A stretch of 63,977 nt of DNA, filler included, from Octopus bimaculoides (GCF_001194135.2; 11 parts of 10 records of this genome joined end to end with filler, not necessarily neighbours in it); one strand, 5' to 3'. Shown: positions 12,053-24,785, numbered from the whole stretch's first letter. Notes: generated by a model not told the origin, from the letters alone. Translations and numbers: made by a program.

Positions 12053-12212
12053 GTCACTTATGTTACTGAGGGTGCCAGCCAGTACCACCATTACTAGAAT
12101 TAAGAGTCAAAACAGCTCTTAGCTACGTGAGAGTACTTATCGCTAAGAGTTGTTTTGATTCTTATTTCTAGTAAAGCTGGTGCTGACTAGCACCCTCAGT
12201 AAATTTAGTGAC
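12053..12212. repeat. 160-bp foldback (71-bp inverted arms, 18-nt loop); MITE-like or hairpin RNA
   Basis: 12053-12123 vs reverse complement of 12142-12212: about 11 mismatches, no gaps. Confidence 0.9.
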
Positions 12213-12227
12213 GACTATATATATATA

Positions 12228-12382
12228 TATACGACGGGCTTCTTTCAGGTTCCGTCTACCAAATTCACTCACGTGTTTGGTCGGCCCGAAGCTATAGTAG
12301 AAGACACCTGCCCAAGGTGTCACGCAGTGGAACTGAACCCGGAGCCATGCAGTTGGTCAACAAGCTACTTACCACGCAGCTA
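12228..12382 (-). mobile_element. SINE family A left arm (tRNA-like head + CORE-like part)
   Basis: ACGACGGGCTTCTTTCAG..CTATAGTAGAAGACACCTGCCCAAGGTG..GCTACTTACCAC. Confidence 0.85.
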
Positions 12383-12423
<41 letters not shown>

Positions 12424-12488
12424 AGTTTGTTTTAATGTTAAATTTTGATAAAACCAATTTAGCATTAAAATGAACAATTATACTAATG

Positions 12489-12521
<33 letters not shown>

Positions 12522-13947
12522 ATCTATCTGTCTGTTTGTCTGTCTGTCTGTCTGTGCAACAGCCTTCTGCATAGGGTTCATTTACCAAGTTCAGCTCACG
12601 AGCCCACAAGATAGTTAAATCGTATCTACAGTAGATATATTATCCAAATTCATCTTCCACTTTTTTAAGGAACTAAAATACGAGAGATATTTCGCTGCTA
12701 TTTCTAGCAGATCAAGCCACCACTTAGAGGATTTTCTCCATGACTGATGTTTCTAGCATGTGGAGTGACAATATGGTGGTTTCCTCATTGGTTCATCTCA
12801 ATACTGTTTAGCACAAGGTCTACAACGATATTGTAGCTATATAATGAAAGCCCTTCCAGCCATGACCATCATGCCTTTTGGTGGTATGTTGGACAGAACT
12901 TCCTTGTCTAATGTCAGACCATGATCAATTGACCCATCTATATATTTTATTCATCGTGTATCTTGGACTATATTACCATATCTACACTTCCATTTTTAAA
13001 AGAGGCGCGTGTAATCTGAATGAAATTTTGCTGTGTTTTTCTAGCTGTTCAATGGGCAATGAAGGAACGGACTTGCTGGCACGTCTCTAAATTCTCTATT
13101 GATTGCCGACAGAATTTTTAAAATAACAGAAATACAACAAAGTTCTTTAAAACTTCCGTTGCTAGAGTCATCGTTTTAATGGTGGACCTCAAACTGTTGT
13201 CTGTTTATTTCACCTTTAAACTTAGATTTCTTTCAGCTGTCAGGAAATAATTTGGTCATAGACTCTAGTGTTTGTATGTTGCTAAGGTACGTTATACGCT
13301 AAGTATTTGTTGCTAAGGTACGCTATATGTTGAGTTTTCTTTTTATTTCTGCTTTTGTTTATTGATATAGCTTCTATAGCCAACCTTTATACTTCTGAGA
13401 GGAATTCTATTCAAGAAAAAGCTTGCGCTATGAAGCAATATTTTTCGATACAATCATACTTCATGCTCTTTTGTGTAAGATACATTTTTAATGACCTCGT
13501 TAAACGATAGACAGGATACCTGCACCCTACCCTTGACATCCGGCAGCTCTTCCAAACTTGTTAGATTGGTGCAGTATAGCTTACACTTATTCCTTGTTGT
13601 AAATGCATTGTTAGATGTGGAGAAAATGTGGTAACTGTATGTCTAAACTATCAATCGTTCATATTAAGTTGTATCATCTGCAGAAAGTAACGATGGTTTG
13701 TGGTGGTAACTAGTGAATATAAACTGTTTTAAAATAGGATGTCTTGGTTTACTGAGAAAGAAATGAAAAGTTTAACTCTCGAAGCTTAACTCTTCGTTTG
13801 AAGAAGTATCTCCATTATCATTTAAGAAACGTGAAATCTGCAACATCCGTGAATGCATCTGAATCAGTAAATGCTATTATTGGAGTTTTGTTCAGTGAAT
13901 TTTTAGTATTGTAGCTTGTAGTTAATGAGAATATTTGCAATGTTCCT

Positions 13948-14229
13948 GTTGTTGTTGTTGGCACTCCGTCGCGAAAACACCTAAAGCTCCACGAGGCTCC
14001 GGCAGGGGGTAGTGGCGAACCCTGCTGTACTCTTTTCACCACAACTTTCTCTCACTCTTACTTCCTGTTTCTGTTGTACCTGTAATTCAAAGGGTCAGCC
14101 TTGTCACACTGTGTCACGCTGAATATCCCCGAGAACTACGTTAAGGGTACACGTGTCTGTGGAGTGCTCAGCCACTTGGACGTTAATTTCACGAGCAGGC
14201 TGTTCCGTTGATCGGATCAACTGGAACCC
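13948..14229. mobile_element. SINE family B copy with an internal inversion
   Basis: Minus-strand tail GTTGTTGGCACTCCGTCGC is fused to plus-strand body GCGAAAACACC..CTGGAACCC; compare the colinear copy at 18512-18917. Confidence 0.85.
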
Positions 14230-15154
14230 AACAACAAACAATGTATGTATGTATGTATGTATGTATGTATGTATGTATGTATGTATGTGTATATATGCTC
14301 GCCTCTGATTGGATGTAATATATGTTATATTCCGTTTTAAGAGTTTTGACAGCGGTCATTGTGTAGTTGGTTCATAAAATTCATTCATTTTTTTTTTTCA
14401 GATTTGTTTGTTTGTTCAATGCATGAAGCCTTGTCCGTCTGTCTTTGTAGAAATATCTGTATCTATTGTCCTTTAGTTTGCTCTGATAAATTATTACTGG
14501 AGTACTGCTTCCGTCTCGTCAAACATGATGACAATTTTATTAATTATAGAGAACGTTACCTTTTCAAAAGTTTCATTTTGACGTAAAGTTTATTACAAAT
14601 GCACACACACGCATATACATAATATGCACACACACACACGCATATACATAATATGCACACACACACATGCACGTACACTCAAACACAGAGACAGATAGAT
14701 AAATTATGCATACATACTCCCCGTCATGTGTCGGTATGGGTGCGTGTGCGTAAGTGTGTATGCATATGGACGATATCGTTTCAGATTTTAAGGAAAACAT
14801 AACAGGTAACATTGTGTGTACATGCACACATTCACACGTACGCACACTCACAAATAAACATACATACACACACATACGCACACACACACACACACACACA
14901 CCCACACACCCACACCCACACACACACACACGATATCATGGAGTTTGAGAAAACAAAATGCATAAAAAATGTAACGTTTGGGCCATTCCATATATATATA
15001 TGGATATGTGTGTTGAAGGGAGATAATCTAGCTTAACTTGTTTGAGCCGTACAATTTTTTTCAGCAGCCCCGTTTTCTATCAAAGATACCGAACGTTAGT
15101 GAACCAGGTACTCAAGCAAACGCATTAATTCTTTCATTCTCACGCCCTCTTGGC

Positions 15155-15435
15155 CAGTTTGGTTCCGGGTTCAGTCCCACTGCGTGGCACCTTGGATAAG
15201 TGTCTTCTACTATAGCATCGGGCCGACGAAAGCCTTGTGAGAAGACTTGGTACACGGACATTGAAAAAAAACCGGTCGTATATACCACTTGACAACCGCT
15301 GTTGGTGTGTTTACATCCCCGTAACTTAGCAGTTCGGCAAAAGAACCCGATAGAATAAGTACTAGGCTTATAAAGGAGTCCTGGCGTCGATTTCTTCCAC
15401 CAAAGGCGATTCTCTCAGCGTGGTTGCAGTGGAAT
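15155..15435 (+). mobile_element. SINE family A, 5'-truncated, lacking the internal microsatellite
   Basis: GGTTCCGGGTTCAGTCCCACTGCGTGGCACCTTGG..TTAGCAGTTCGGCAAAAGA..TAAGTACTAGGCTT. Confidence 0.85.
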
Positions 15436-15883
15436 GGGATCTATTCCACCTCAATCACAGATTTTTTTATTAATTTGTTTTTAACTAAACAGTTTGAAAC
15501 TTCGAATACTGGTAGAATTTCTCACGCAGAACACGGTTTACTCTGAACATTTTTTTGACAAAATTTCCTATTTTAGAAGTTATTTCCTATTTTAGAAGTA
15601 ATTTCGACCAATCAACGACGTGTATTCGGTTGAAGAAAGCTACAGCTATGCCGGTGCCGTATGGTTTAATAATATAGGATTTATTATGGTGGAGGTGGAG
15701 GTGGTGGTGCTATCGATGATGGGTAATTGTTTCGTACTGGTTATGGAAGGAGTAGTGTAATGGTGGTAGTGGTGGTGGTGATGGTGGTGGTAGTAGAGGT
15801 GTTGGAGAATGTGATAGTATCGGGGGTGGGGGTCAATTGGAAATGTGTGGCTTTGAGGAGGGAGAGAGAGTGCGGAGAGTGAC

Positions 15884-15919
<36 letters not shown>

Positions 15920-16001
15920 TGTGTGTGTGCTTGCGTGTATGCGTTTGCGTGTACTTGTATGAAATTGTGTGTGCGTGTGTGTGTGTATGTGTGCGTACAT
16001 G

Positions 16002-16101
16002 NNNNNNNNNNNNNNNNNNNNNNNNNNNNNNNNNNNNNNNNNNNNTTAATTAATTAANNNNNNNNNNNNNNNNNNNNNNNNNNNNNNNNNNNNNNNNNNN
16101 N
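16002..16101. other. Artificial scaffold-join spacer (44 N + TTAATTAATTAA + 44 N); also at 20871, 25666, 27934, 36043, 47315, 51970, 54404, 57922, 62815 (first base of the 12-mer)
   Basis: Ten identical 100-nt spacers; the palindromic 12-mer has TAA in all six frames. Confidence 0.97.
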
Positions 16102-16713
16102 AAAACAAAGGAGGTAGTAAGAATTTTAGATAATTATTTAGTGCTTTCATCTCTTTCTGTGAGATTCATTGTGGATGATTTATTTACAGAAAATTCATGC
16201 CTTTTATATATATATACGAGTTAGTTTAAAATATCTGGAGTTGAACTGGAAAGTGAATGTTCTTTGTACTTTTATTCTGTGTGTGTGTGTATGTGTGTGT
16301 GTGTGTGTGTCTGTAGATGTGTGTGTATATATGTGTGTATGTATATGTGTATTTGTGTTTGTATGTACGTTTGTAAGTGTGTGGGTGTGGTGAATTTTTG
16401 GAGGCATGGTTCGAAAGAGAAAAAGAGAAAAAGCAAGAGAGAATAACAAAAGAAAGAAAGAAAGAAAGAAAAGAAAGACAAGAAGAAAGAAAAGAAAGAC
16501 AGGAAGAAAGGGGTCTTTATCTATGATGGTTAAAATTGCAGTACGTTTTTGGTCAGTTGCCATGCTACCCAGCTATAGAAATGGTTCTTTTTCTGGGATG
16601 GTTGAAATTAATGATAACTAAAGTCAATTTCCTTTTAGTATTTTATTTTCAGTTGTCATGTTATCCAGCTGTAAGAAAATAGACTCCATCAAAAGTCTGG
16701 AAGGTTTTTCTAA

Positions 16714-16749
<36 letters not shown>

Positions 16750-17534
16750 ATGTGTGTATGCATGTATGTGTGTGTGTGTGAGGGTGTGTGTGTGCGTGTG
16801 TGTGTGTGTGTGTATGCATGTGTGTGTATGCGTTTTGGTGTTGGTTGCATAAGTGAATTTTTCTAGTTATTTTAGTAACAATAATGGGAACATTATTAAT
16901 AATATCCAGTGATAATCTGATTTGGTTCAACTATGACACTATTTTTTTTAATAAAGATTTTTTTCCTTTTTTATATATATATATATATTTAGTTTAGATA
17001 AGAATTTTTTGATAAAATGTAGTTCCATCGCCTCCTGGTACTTGGCGTCATCCTTTGGTCATTTGTTGAAGTGAAAGATCTTGAACCTGCTGTTTCTACA
17101 TATTTCCAGGTGCTTAGTCAGTGGAATCTTACATAAATCTTTTTGTCTTATATGTTGTTTGTGGATTCCTGCATGCTGGCAAAGGGAATTGTTGGTTTTG
17201 TCAATATAATTTTCTTTGCAATTAGCTCAATTTATGCAGTATATGAGATTCTGTGTCTTATATATATGCATATATATTCTATAAATAATAATAATAATTA
17301 TAGGCTTAAAGCTTATAAGCAATCACCATGTATTAATTAAAGAAAATAGTTTAATGCTGGATTATAGAAACCTGCAACAGAAAAAAGTGGGACGAGGGCT
17401 TACGCGCCCCAATATTAGACTATTTTCTTTAGTCATTGCACAGTGATCACTTATAAACTTTAAGCTTATAGAAATATTATTATCATTTTTTACAGAATTG
17501 TCACTCGTCACCACTTCTCCGCTTAATGCATGTC

Positions 17535-17720
17535 ATCATCATCATCATCATCATTTAATGTCCTTTGTTCATGCTGGATGGTTGGACGGTTTGACTGGGC
17601 TGGCACGCTGGAAGGCTGCACCAGGCTTCAGTCTGATTTGGCATGGTTTTCTATGGATGGATGCTCTTCCTAATGCCAACCACTCCAAGAGTGTAATGGG
17701 TGCATTTATGTGCCACCGGC
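17535..17720 (-). mobile_element. Family E repeat (retroposon tail ending in (GAT)n); related copies at 18305-18455(+), 18921-19010(+), 19225-19385(-), 35145-35320(+)
   Basis: Shared GGTTGGCATTAGGAAGGGCATCC..AACCATGCCAAA..CATGGA..ATTAAATGATGATG. Confidence 0.7.
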
Positions 17721-18048
17721 ATGGGTGCCATTTCTGTGTGTCACTGGTATCTGCCACCGGTGCGATTGTGCGCGGTCTGATGTGTCTTCTTCTAAAGCAC
17801 AACATAAGTAATTCATTTATTATTACATGTAACAATACATAAATTATTTACATGTTTTTAAGTTACGAACCAATTTGTCATGATATTAGAATTTTCTTAT
17901 TGTTAATTAAGACTTCATCAAACTATTTCTCTGTCATTTATGACTTTATACTTATATATAAATAAGTACATATATGTATATATATATATTTGTGCCTCCA
18001 TGAGGCCTGCTCAAAAGGAACTCAGCCGCCTCANNNNNNNNNNCATAC

Positions 18049-18114
<66 letters not shown>

Positions 18115-18511
18115 ACATATGATCACTGTCCATACCCAGCTGAGGAAGATCAGGTTGTTGCCCTTGCAGTCGACTTCACCCACATTCACACCCACAACTT
18201 CCATGTTTACTGTGACACCCTCCTAAATGACCAGGCATTTCCCTCTATCATATTTTCTTTCTCCAACCTACACCTCACTCAGTAGGCGGATCTTATCTTG
18301 TCAGTGACTGGCACCCTCACTGGTGCTGGTGCCATGTTAAAATCACCCAGTACACTCTATAAATTGGTTGGTTTTTAGGAATGGTATCCAACCCTAAAAA
18401 AATCATGCCAAAGCAGACACTGGAGCATGGAACATGGAGATTAAATGATGATGATGATGATTCATCATCATCCTCATTGTCATCATCATCATGATGTTGT
18501 TGGGTGGGTCA

Positions 18512-18514
18512 CCG

Positions 18515-18549
<35 letters not shown>

Positions 18550-18917
18550 GGCACTCCGTCGCTTACGACGTCGAGGGTTCCAGTTGATCCGGTCAACGGA
18601 ACAGCCTGCTCGTGAAATTAACGTGCAAGTGGCTGAGCACTCCACAGACACGTGTACCCTTAATGTAGTTCTCGGGGATATTCAGCGTGACACAGTGTGA
18701 CAAGGCTGACCCTTTGAAATACAGAAACAGGAAGTAAGAGCGAGAGAAAGTTGTGGTGGAAGAGTACAGCAGGGTTCGCCACCATCCCCTGCTGGAGCCT
18801 CGTGGGGCTTTAGGTGTTTTCGCTCAATAAACACTCACAACGCCTGGTCTGGGAATCGAAACCGCGATCCTATGACCGCGAGTCCGCTGCCCTAACCACT
18901 GGGCCATTGCACCTCCA
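18512..18917 (-). mobile_element. Full-length SINE family B with (AAC)n tail
   Basis: Minus strand GGAGGTGCAATGGCCCAGTGGTTAGGGCAGCGG..GTTTCGATTCCC (A/B-box-like) through ..GACGGAGTGCCAACAAC; CpGs retained. Confidence 0.9.
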
Positions 18918-19570
18918 CCTTTAGGAAGGGTATCCAACCATAAAAAGCCATGCCAAAGCAGACACTGGAGCATGGAACATGGATATTAAATGATGATGAT
19001 GATGATGATGATTTATCATCATCATCATCGTCATCCTCATTGTCATTATCATCATCATAATCATCTATATATGTATGCATATAAATATCTATGTGTGTAT
19101 GTGTATATATATACATACATGCATAAATATATATATATTGAAGGAGAGAGAGTGGAGGCAGAAAGAACTAAAGTAGACACTGGAGAACATGCAACCAAGA
19201 CCAGCATGGAACTTCTTCATCATCATCATCATCATCATCATTTAACATCCGTTTTTCATACTACACAAGGTTCTGTTGACTGTCTTGGCATGGTTTCTAT
19301 AGCTTAATGCCCTTGCTATCACCAACCACTTTTCAGAGTGTATTCGGTGCATTTTCTCTGGCACCAGCAACAGTGAGGTCACCAAATGACTCAGCAGATC
19401 AACTGGAAGAGGGAGCGGTATTGAGGGAGGGGGGGGTGTTGTGCCAATTGGTGAAAGGTTTAAGTATAATAGAAGGATAGAGATAGGTATCTTGCTGCAG
19501 AGTTGATACATGGCCACCCATACAAGCTGGAAAAGAAAGGAGAGGGAAAGAGAGAGAAGAGAGAGGGAGC

Positions 19571-19618
<48 letters not shown>

Positions 19619-19696
19619 CAACTTAGCATTGAAGCCATAAGAGTTGCCTTGTGTTAAAGTCATACTGCTCATTTAAGAAATTTAAGACATATAACC

Positions 19697-20350
19697 TGGC
19701 ACTCCTTTGGTTGTGATGATAAGGGTTCCAGTTGATCTGATCAAAAGAACAGCCTGCTTGTGAAATTGACATACAAGTGGTTGAGTACTCCACAGAAATA
19801 TGTACCCTTAACATAGTTCTCAGGGAGCTCCAGTGTGATACGCAATGTGACAAGGCTGGTCCTTTGAAATACAGGTACAACTCATTTTAGCCAGTTGAGT
19901 TAAAGGAACATGTGAAACAAAGTGTCTTGCTTGAGGATACAATGTACCCCTGGGAATGGAACTCATGACCTTACGATCATGAGCTGAATACCCCTAACCA
20001 TTAAGCCATGCACCTTCATTCAATCATCAGTTCTGGCACTCTGTGGGTTACAACAATGGGGGGGGGGGTCCCAGTTGATCTGGTCAACAGAACAGCCTGC
20101 TTATGAAATTAACATGCAAGTGGCTGAGTACTCCACGGATATGTGTACCCTCATTATAGTTCTCAGGAAGATTCAGTGTGACACAGAATGTGACAAGGCT
20201 GGCCCCTTGATAAACAGGTACAACTCATTTTTGCCAGCTGAGTGGAAATAAAGTGTCTTGCTCAAGGATACAACACATTGCCAGGAACTAAACTTGTGAC
20301 CTTATGATCATAAGTCCAATACCCCTAACCACTGGGTCACATGTCTTCAC
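19697..20350 (-). mobile_element. Two older full-length SINE family C copies in tandem (about 19697-20016 and 20033-20350)
   Basis: Tail shared with family B (GGGTTCCAGTTGATC..GTACCCTTAAC..TGTGACAAGGCTG); head and CORE-like part shared with 5720-6018; CpG-depleted. Confidence 0.85.
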
Positions 20351-20776
20351 AAACCATATAGGCATAAATTAGATACGTGCATAGATACACTCATACAGCT
20401 TTTTCTGTTCTCTTATCATTAGCATATATTTTTTTTTACAATAATGATGTTGTACATTAAGTATTTAAAATTCCATTTTACATTTAAGATTAGGTCAGAG
20501 ACTCTAAACTACTGTGTATCTATGACATAGTAAGTGGAACGTGAGGTATTACTGACAAAGTTGTTGCCGAAACTGGTGGTGGGGTGGTGGGTAGGGGTGG
20601 AATTAGATGGAAAATAACAATAAAAAAAAACAAAAAAACCCCCAAAAAACCCCAAAAGAACTTAGGAGCATACATTTGTTTTAAATGGCAAAAAAATTGC
20701 TCACTGTCACAATATTTTTGTTTTATGTGTGTGGGTGTATGAATGTGTGTGTGTGTCTGAATGGATATGTATATGC

Positions 20777-20826
<50 letters not shown>

Positions 20827-20964
20827 NNNNNNNNNNNNNNNNNNNNNNNNNNNNNNNNNNNNNNNNNNNNTTAATTAATTAANNNNNNNNNNNNNNNNNN
20901 NNNNNNNNNNNNNNNNNNNNNNNNNNTATGCATATATACATACATATATGTACATACCTACATC

Positions 20965-21135
20965 TTCATGTATATATAGATGCATATCCGGGTACAGGAC
21001 GTCAAAAGAGGAACGGGAACAAAGCACAAAAACAGACTTTTTTTACGGACAACAGAATGAACACATAGGAAAACAAACGAGCCACTTATGGAACTTTTCC
21101 TTCATCAGCTGCCTCTATTCTAAACTAGGCGTTTC
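20965..21135 (-). mobile_element. Penelope-like terminal fragment with a half hammerhead (CUGAUGA-A-GGAA-AAG-UUCC)
   Basis: Core and helix II are present but GAAAC is absent; downstream sequence resembles 43047-43195. Confidence 0.4.
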
Positions 21136-21802
21136 GAAGATGTGGCAGAACGCGCTCTTAGAATAGCTCTTTCCGCGAAGCGGATTAACCTGCTAAGCGG
21201 AGGGTTCCAAGGTAGCAAACAAAAACCAAGACAGGAAAAATTAAACAGTGAAAACAACACTAGGACTACATTCTTAAACATGTCGTTTCCCTTTTCTTTC
21301 TTTCTTTCTTTTTTAATAATGTGGTGTGGTCAGAAGATTTGTCTTGCAAACCGTGTAACCACGCAGAGTCTCCCTCATTGTCTCGGATTTTCTGTAAAGC
21401 ACTTATTGTTTAACCCCAGATCAACACTCATCCAAGAAGACTGTGATCCAATTCAATCCAACCGTGACCACACACTCTTTTTAGGAGTATGTCTAGGACT
21501 ATATTAACCATCATTTCTCTTCTTTAACCATCATTTCTCTTCGTCGTCGTCGTGGTAGTTGTGGTGGTGGTGCTGCTGGTGCTGGTGGCAGCGGCAGCAG
21601 CGGCNNNNNNNNNNGTGGTGGTGGTGGTGGTGCTGGAATGGGTGTTGGTCGCAGTGTGGTGTAGTTCGGTTGGTTGGTATAGTGGTTGTGCTGGTGTTGG
21701 CCTCACAATTAAAATTCTGCGTTGATCGTGTGATGTCTCAACGGTAGAAACAGAGGCGGAATTGATAGCTGCTTTGGATTTCACACCTTGTTAAAAACAG
21801 CA

Positions 21803-21803
21803 A

Positions 21804-21849
<46 letters not shown>

Positions 21850-22070
21850 TTCATCATCATCACCGTCGTCATCATCATTGTCAGCATCATCATTATCATC
21901 ATTATCATCATCACCATCGCTATCATCATCATCGGCATCATCGTTGTCGTCCTCATCATCACCATCAACACTATCATCATCATTATCGTCATCACCATCT
22001 CCAAAAACAGTAACAATAACAACAGCGACAACAACAAAGAAATAAGAGGAACAGCCACAATAACATTTGC

Positions 22071-22114
<44 letters not shown>

Positions 22115-22206
22115 TAATAATTTTCATTTCTAGCGTATAATATTAGGTCATCCATAATAATAATAGTAATAATAAATAATGATAATAATAATAATGAATA
22201 ATGATG

Positions 22207-22247
<41 letters not shown>

Positions 22248-22260
22248 AGTAATAGTAGTA

Positions 22261-22306
<46 letters not shown>

Positions 22307-22416
22307 ATAATTATGATAATAATAATAATAATAATAATAATAGTAATAATAAAAATAATATTAATAATAATAATAGTAATAATAAATAATGATAATAATA
22401 ATAAATAATGATGATG

Positions 22417-22460
<44 letters not shown>

Positions 22461-22504
22461 GATAATAATAATAATACATAATGATGATAATAATAATAAT
22501 AACA
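21803..22504. repeat. Degenerate (CAT)n followed by (AAT)n/(GAT)n tracts
   Basis: Visible triplet repeats; source of the poly-D, poly-S and poly-I ORFs. Confidence 0.95.
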
Positions 22505-23593
22505 NNNNNNNNNNNNNNNNNNNNNNNNNNNNNNNNNNNNNNNNNNNNNNNNNNNNNNNNNNNNNNNNNNNNNNNNNNNNNNNNNNNNNNNNNNNNNNNN
22601 NNNNNNNNNNNNNNNNNNNNNNNNNNNNNNNNNNNNNNNNNNNNNNNNNNNNNNNNNNNNNNNNNNNNNNNNNNNNNNNNNNNNNNNNNNNNNNNNNNNN
22701 NNNNNNNNNNNNNNNNNNNNNNNNNNNNNNNNNNNNNNNNNNNNNNNNNNNNNNNNNNNNNNNNNNNNNNNNNNNNNNNNNNNNNNNNNNNNNNNNNNNN
22801 NNNNNNNNNNNNNNNNNNNNNNNNNNNNNNNNNNNNNNNNNNNNNNNNNNNNNNNNNNNNNNNNNNNNNNNNNNNNNNNNNNNNNNNNNNNNNNNNNNNN
22901 NNNNNNNNNNNNNNNNNNNNNNNNNNNNNNNNNNNNNNNNNNNNNNNNNNNNNNNNNNNNNNNNNNNNNNNNNNNNNNNNNNNNNNNNNNNNNNNNNNNN
23001 NNNNNNNNNNNNNNNNNNNNNNNNNNNNNNNNNNNNNNNNNNNNNNNNNNNNNNNNNNNNNNNNNNNNNNNNNNNNNNNNNNNNNNNNNNNNNNNNNNNN
23101 NNNNNNNNNNNNNNNNNNNNNNNNNNNNNNNNNNNNNNNNNNNNNNNNNNNNNNNNNNNNNNNNNNNNNNNNNNNNNNNNNNNNNNNNNNNNNNNNNNNN
23201 NNNNNNNNNNNNNNNNNNNNNNNNNNNNNGAGAGAGAGAGAGAGAGAGAGCGGGAGGGGAGATTCTAAAGAGAGAGTTAAATAATAAAATGATCAAAAGA
23301 CGGTGCCTCAAAATGAAGGGACCGTCCTGATGTGTGTGTGTGTGTGTGGATATGTCTGTGTGTCTGTGTGTGTGTCTGTGTATGTGTCTGTATGTGCCTG
23401 TGTCTGTGTCTGTGTGCGTGTGTGTGTTTATGTATGCGTGTGTGTCTGTGTCTCTGTGTGTGTTTATGTATGCGTATGTGTCTGTATCTGTGTGTGTGTG
23501 TTTGTGTCTGCGCGCGTGTGTGTGTGTGTGTGTCTATGTCTGTGTGTGTGTCTATGTTTGTGTGTGTGTCTATGTCTGTGTGCGTGTTTGTGT

Positions 23594-23790
23594 CTAAAGC
23601 TCCACGAGGTTCCGGCAGGGGGTGGTGGCGACCCCTGTTGTATTCTTTCACCCCAACTTTCTCTCACTCTATCTTCCTGTTTCTTGAGTAGCGCTGCGAT
23701 GGACTGGCGTCCCATCCAGCTGGTGGGGAACACATACGCCATAGAAACTGGAAAACCGGGCCCATGAGCCTGGCTAGGCTTTAAAAGGAT
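23594..23790 (+). mobile_element. SINE fragment: family B middle segment joined to a V-domain-like 3' part
   Basis: CTAAAGCTCCACGAGG..CTTCCTGTTTC matches family B, then CTGCGATGGACTGGCGTCCCATCCAG resembles the V-SINE domain as recalled. Confidence 0.65.
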
Positions 23791-24258
23791 GCATAAATAA
23801 AAAAAAAAACATTCAACACACTCGCCGGTAAAATTTCCACTTATTTCTTTTTTTATTTTTCTAAAATTTTCGTCGCGTCTTGCATAATTTATGAAGTAAT
23901 CCAACTCTTCTTCGGGTGCAAACTGCTAGGTATCAAACCTTATGTCGCAATGATTATCAAATGTATATTCAATTCTTCAGTTCTTTAACTCTTTAAATTG
24001 TTTCAGCTTTAAAGCTCCGGTTACGCTTGGGCTCTTAATTTTTCTTGTACTTGTTCCAGTCATTGGACTGCAGCCATGCTACACCATCGCCTTAAAAGGT
24101 GTAGTCGACCCTGTGTAGCCAATAAAGAAGCATACTTAAAACCTGGTACTTATATCGGATTCTTTTTGCTGAGCGGCTAAGTCAGGGATACGTAAAAAAA
24201 AAACAACAGCGGTTATGAAGCAGGGAAGAACAGACACAAACTAAAAGACGCACGGACG

Positions 24259-24297
<39 letters not shown>

Positions 24298-24298
24298 G

Positions 24299-24343
<45 letters not shown>

Positions 24344-24737
24344 ACAGACATGTGTATAATTATGCATAATGTAGATAGATAGATATATATNNNNNNNNNN
24401 NNNNNNNNNNNNNNNNNNNNNNNNNNNNNNNNNNNNNNNNNNNNNNNNNNNNNNNNNNNNNNNNNNNNNNNNNNNNNNNNNNNNNNNNNNNNNNNNNNNN
24501 NNNNNNNNNNNNNNNNNNNNNNNNNNNNNNNNNNNNNNNNNNNNNNNNNNNNNNNNNNNNNNNNNNNNNNNNNNNNNNNNNNNNNNNNNNNNNNNNNNNN
24601 NNNNNNNNNNNNNNNNNNNNNNNNNNNNNNNNNNNNNNNNNNNNNNNNNNNNNNNNNNNNNNNNNNNNNNNNNNNNNNNNNNNNNNNNNNNNNNNNNNNN
24701 NNNNNNNNNNNNNNNNNNNNNNNNNNNNNNNNNNNNN

Positions 24738-24785
<48 letters not shown>

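Noticed and set aside
16046-16057. Recurrent TTAATTAATTAA as a biological motif
   Set aside because: Always centred in exactly 44+44 N; assembly spacer.
17023-17109. Possible exon FHRLLVLGVILWSFVEVKDLEPAVSTYFQ
   Set aside because: Weak acceptor and donor (GTGCTT); no recognised homology.
21781-22155. Very acidic poly-Asp ORF resembling a biomineralisation protein
   Set aside because: A degenerate (GAT)n tract continuous with (AAT)n; several frames are open for the same reason and there is no signal peptide or splice context.
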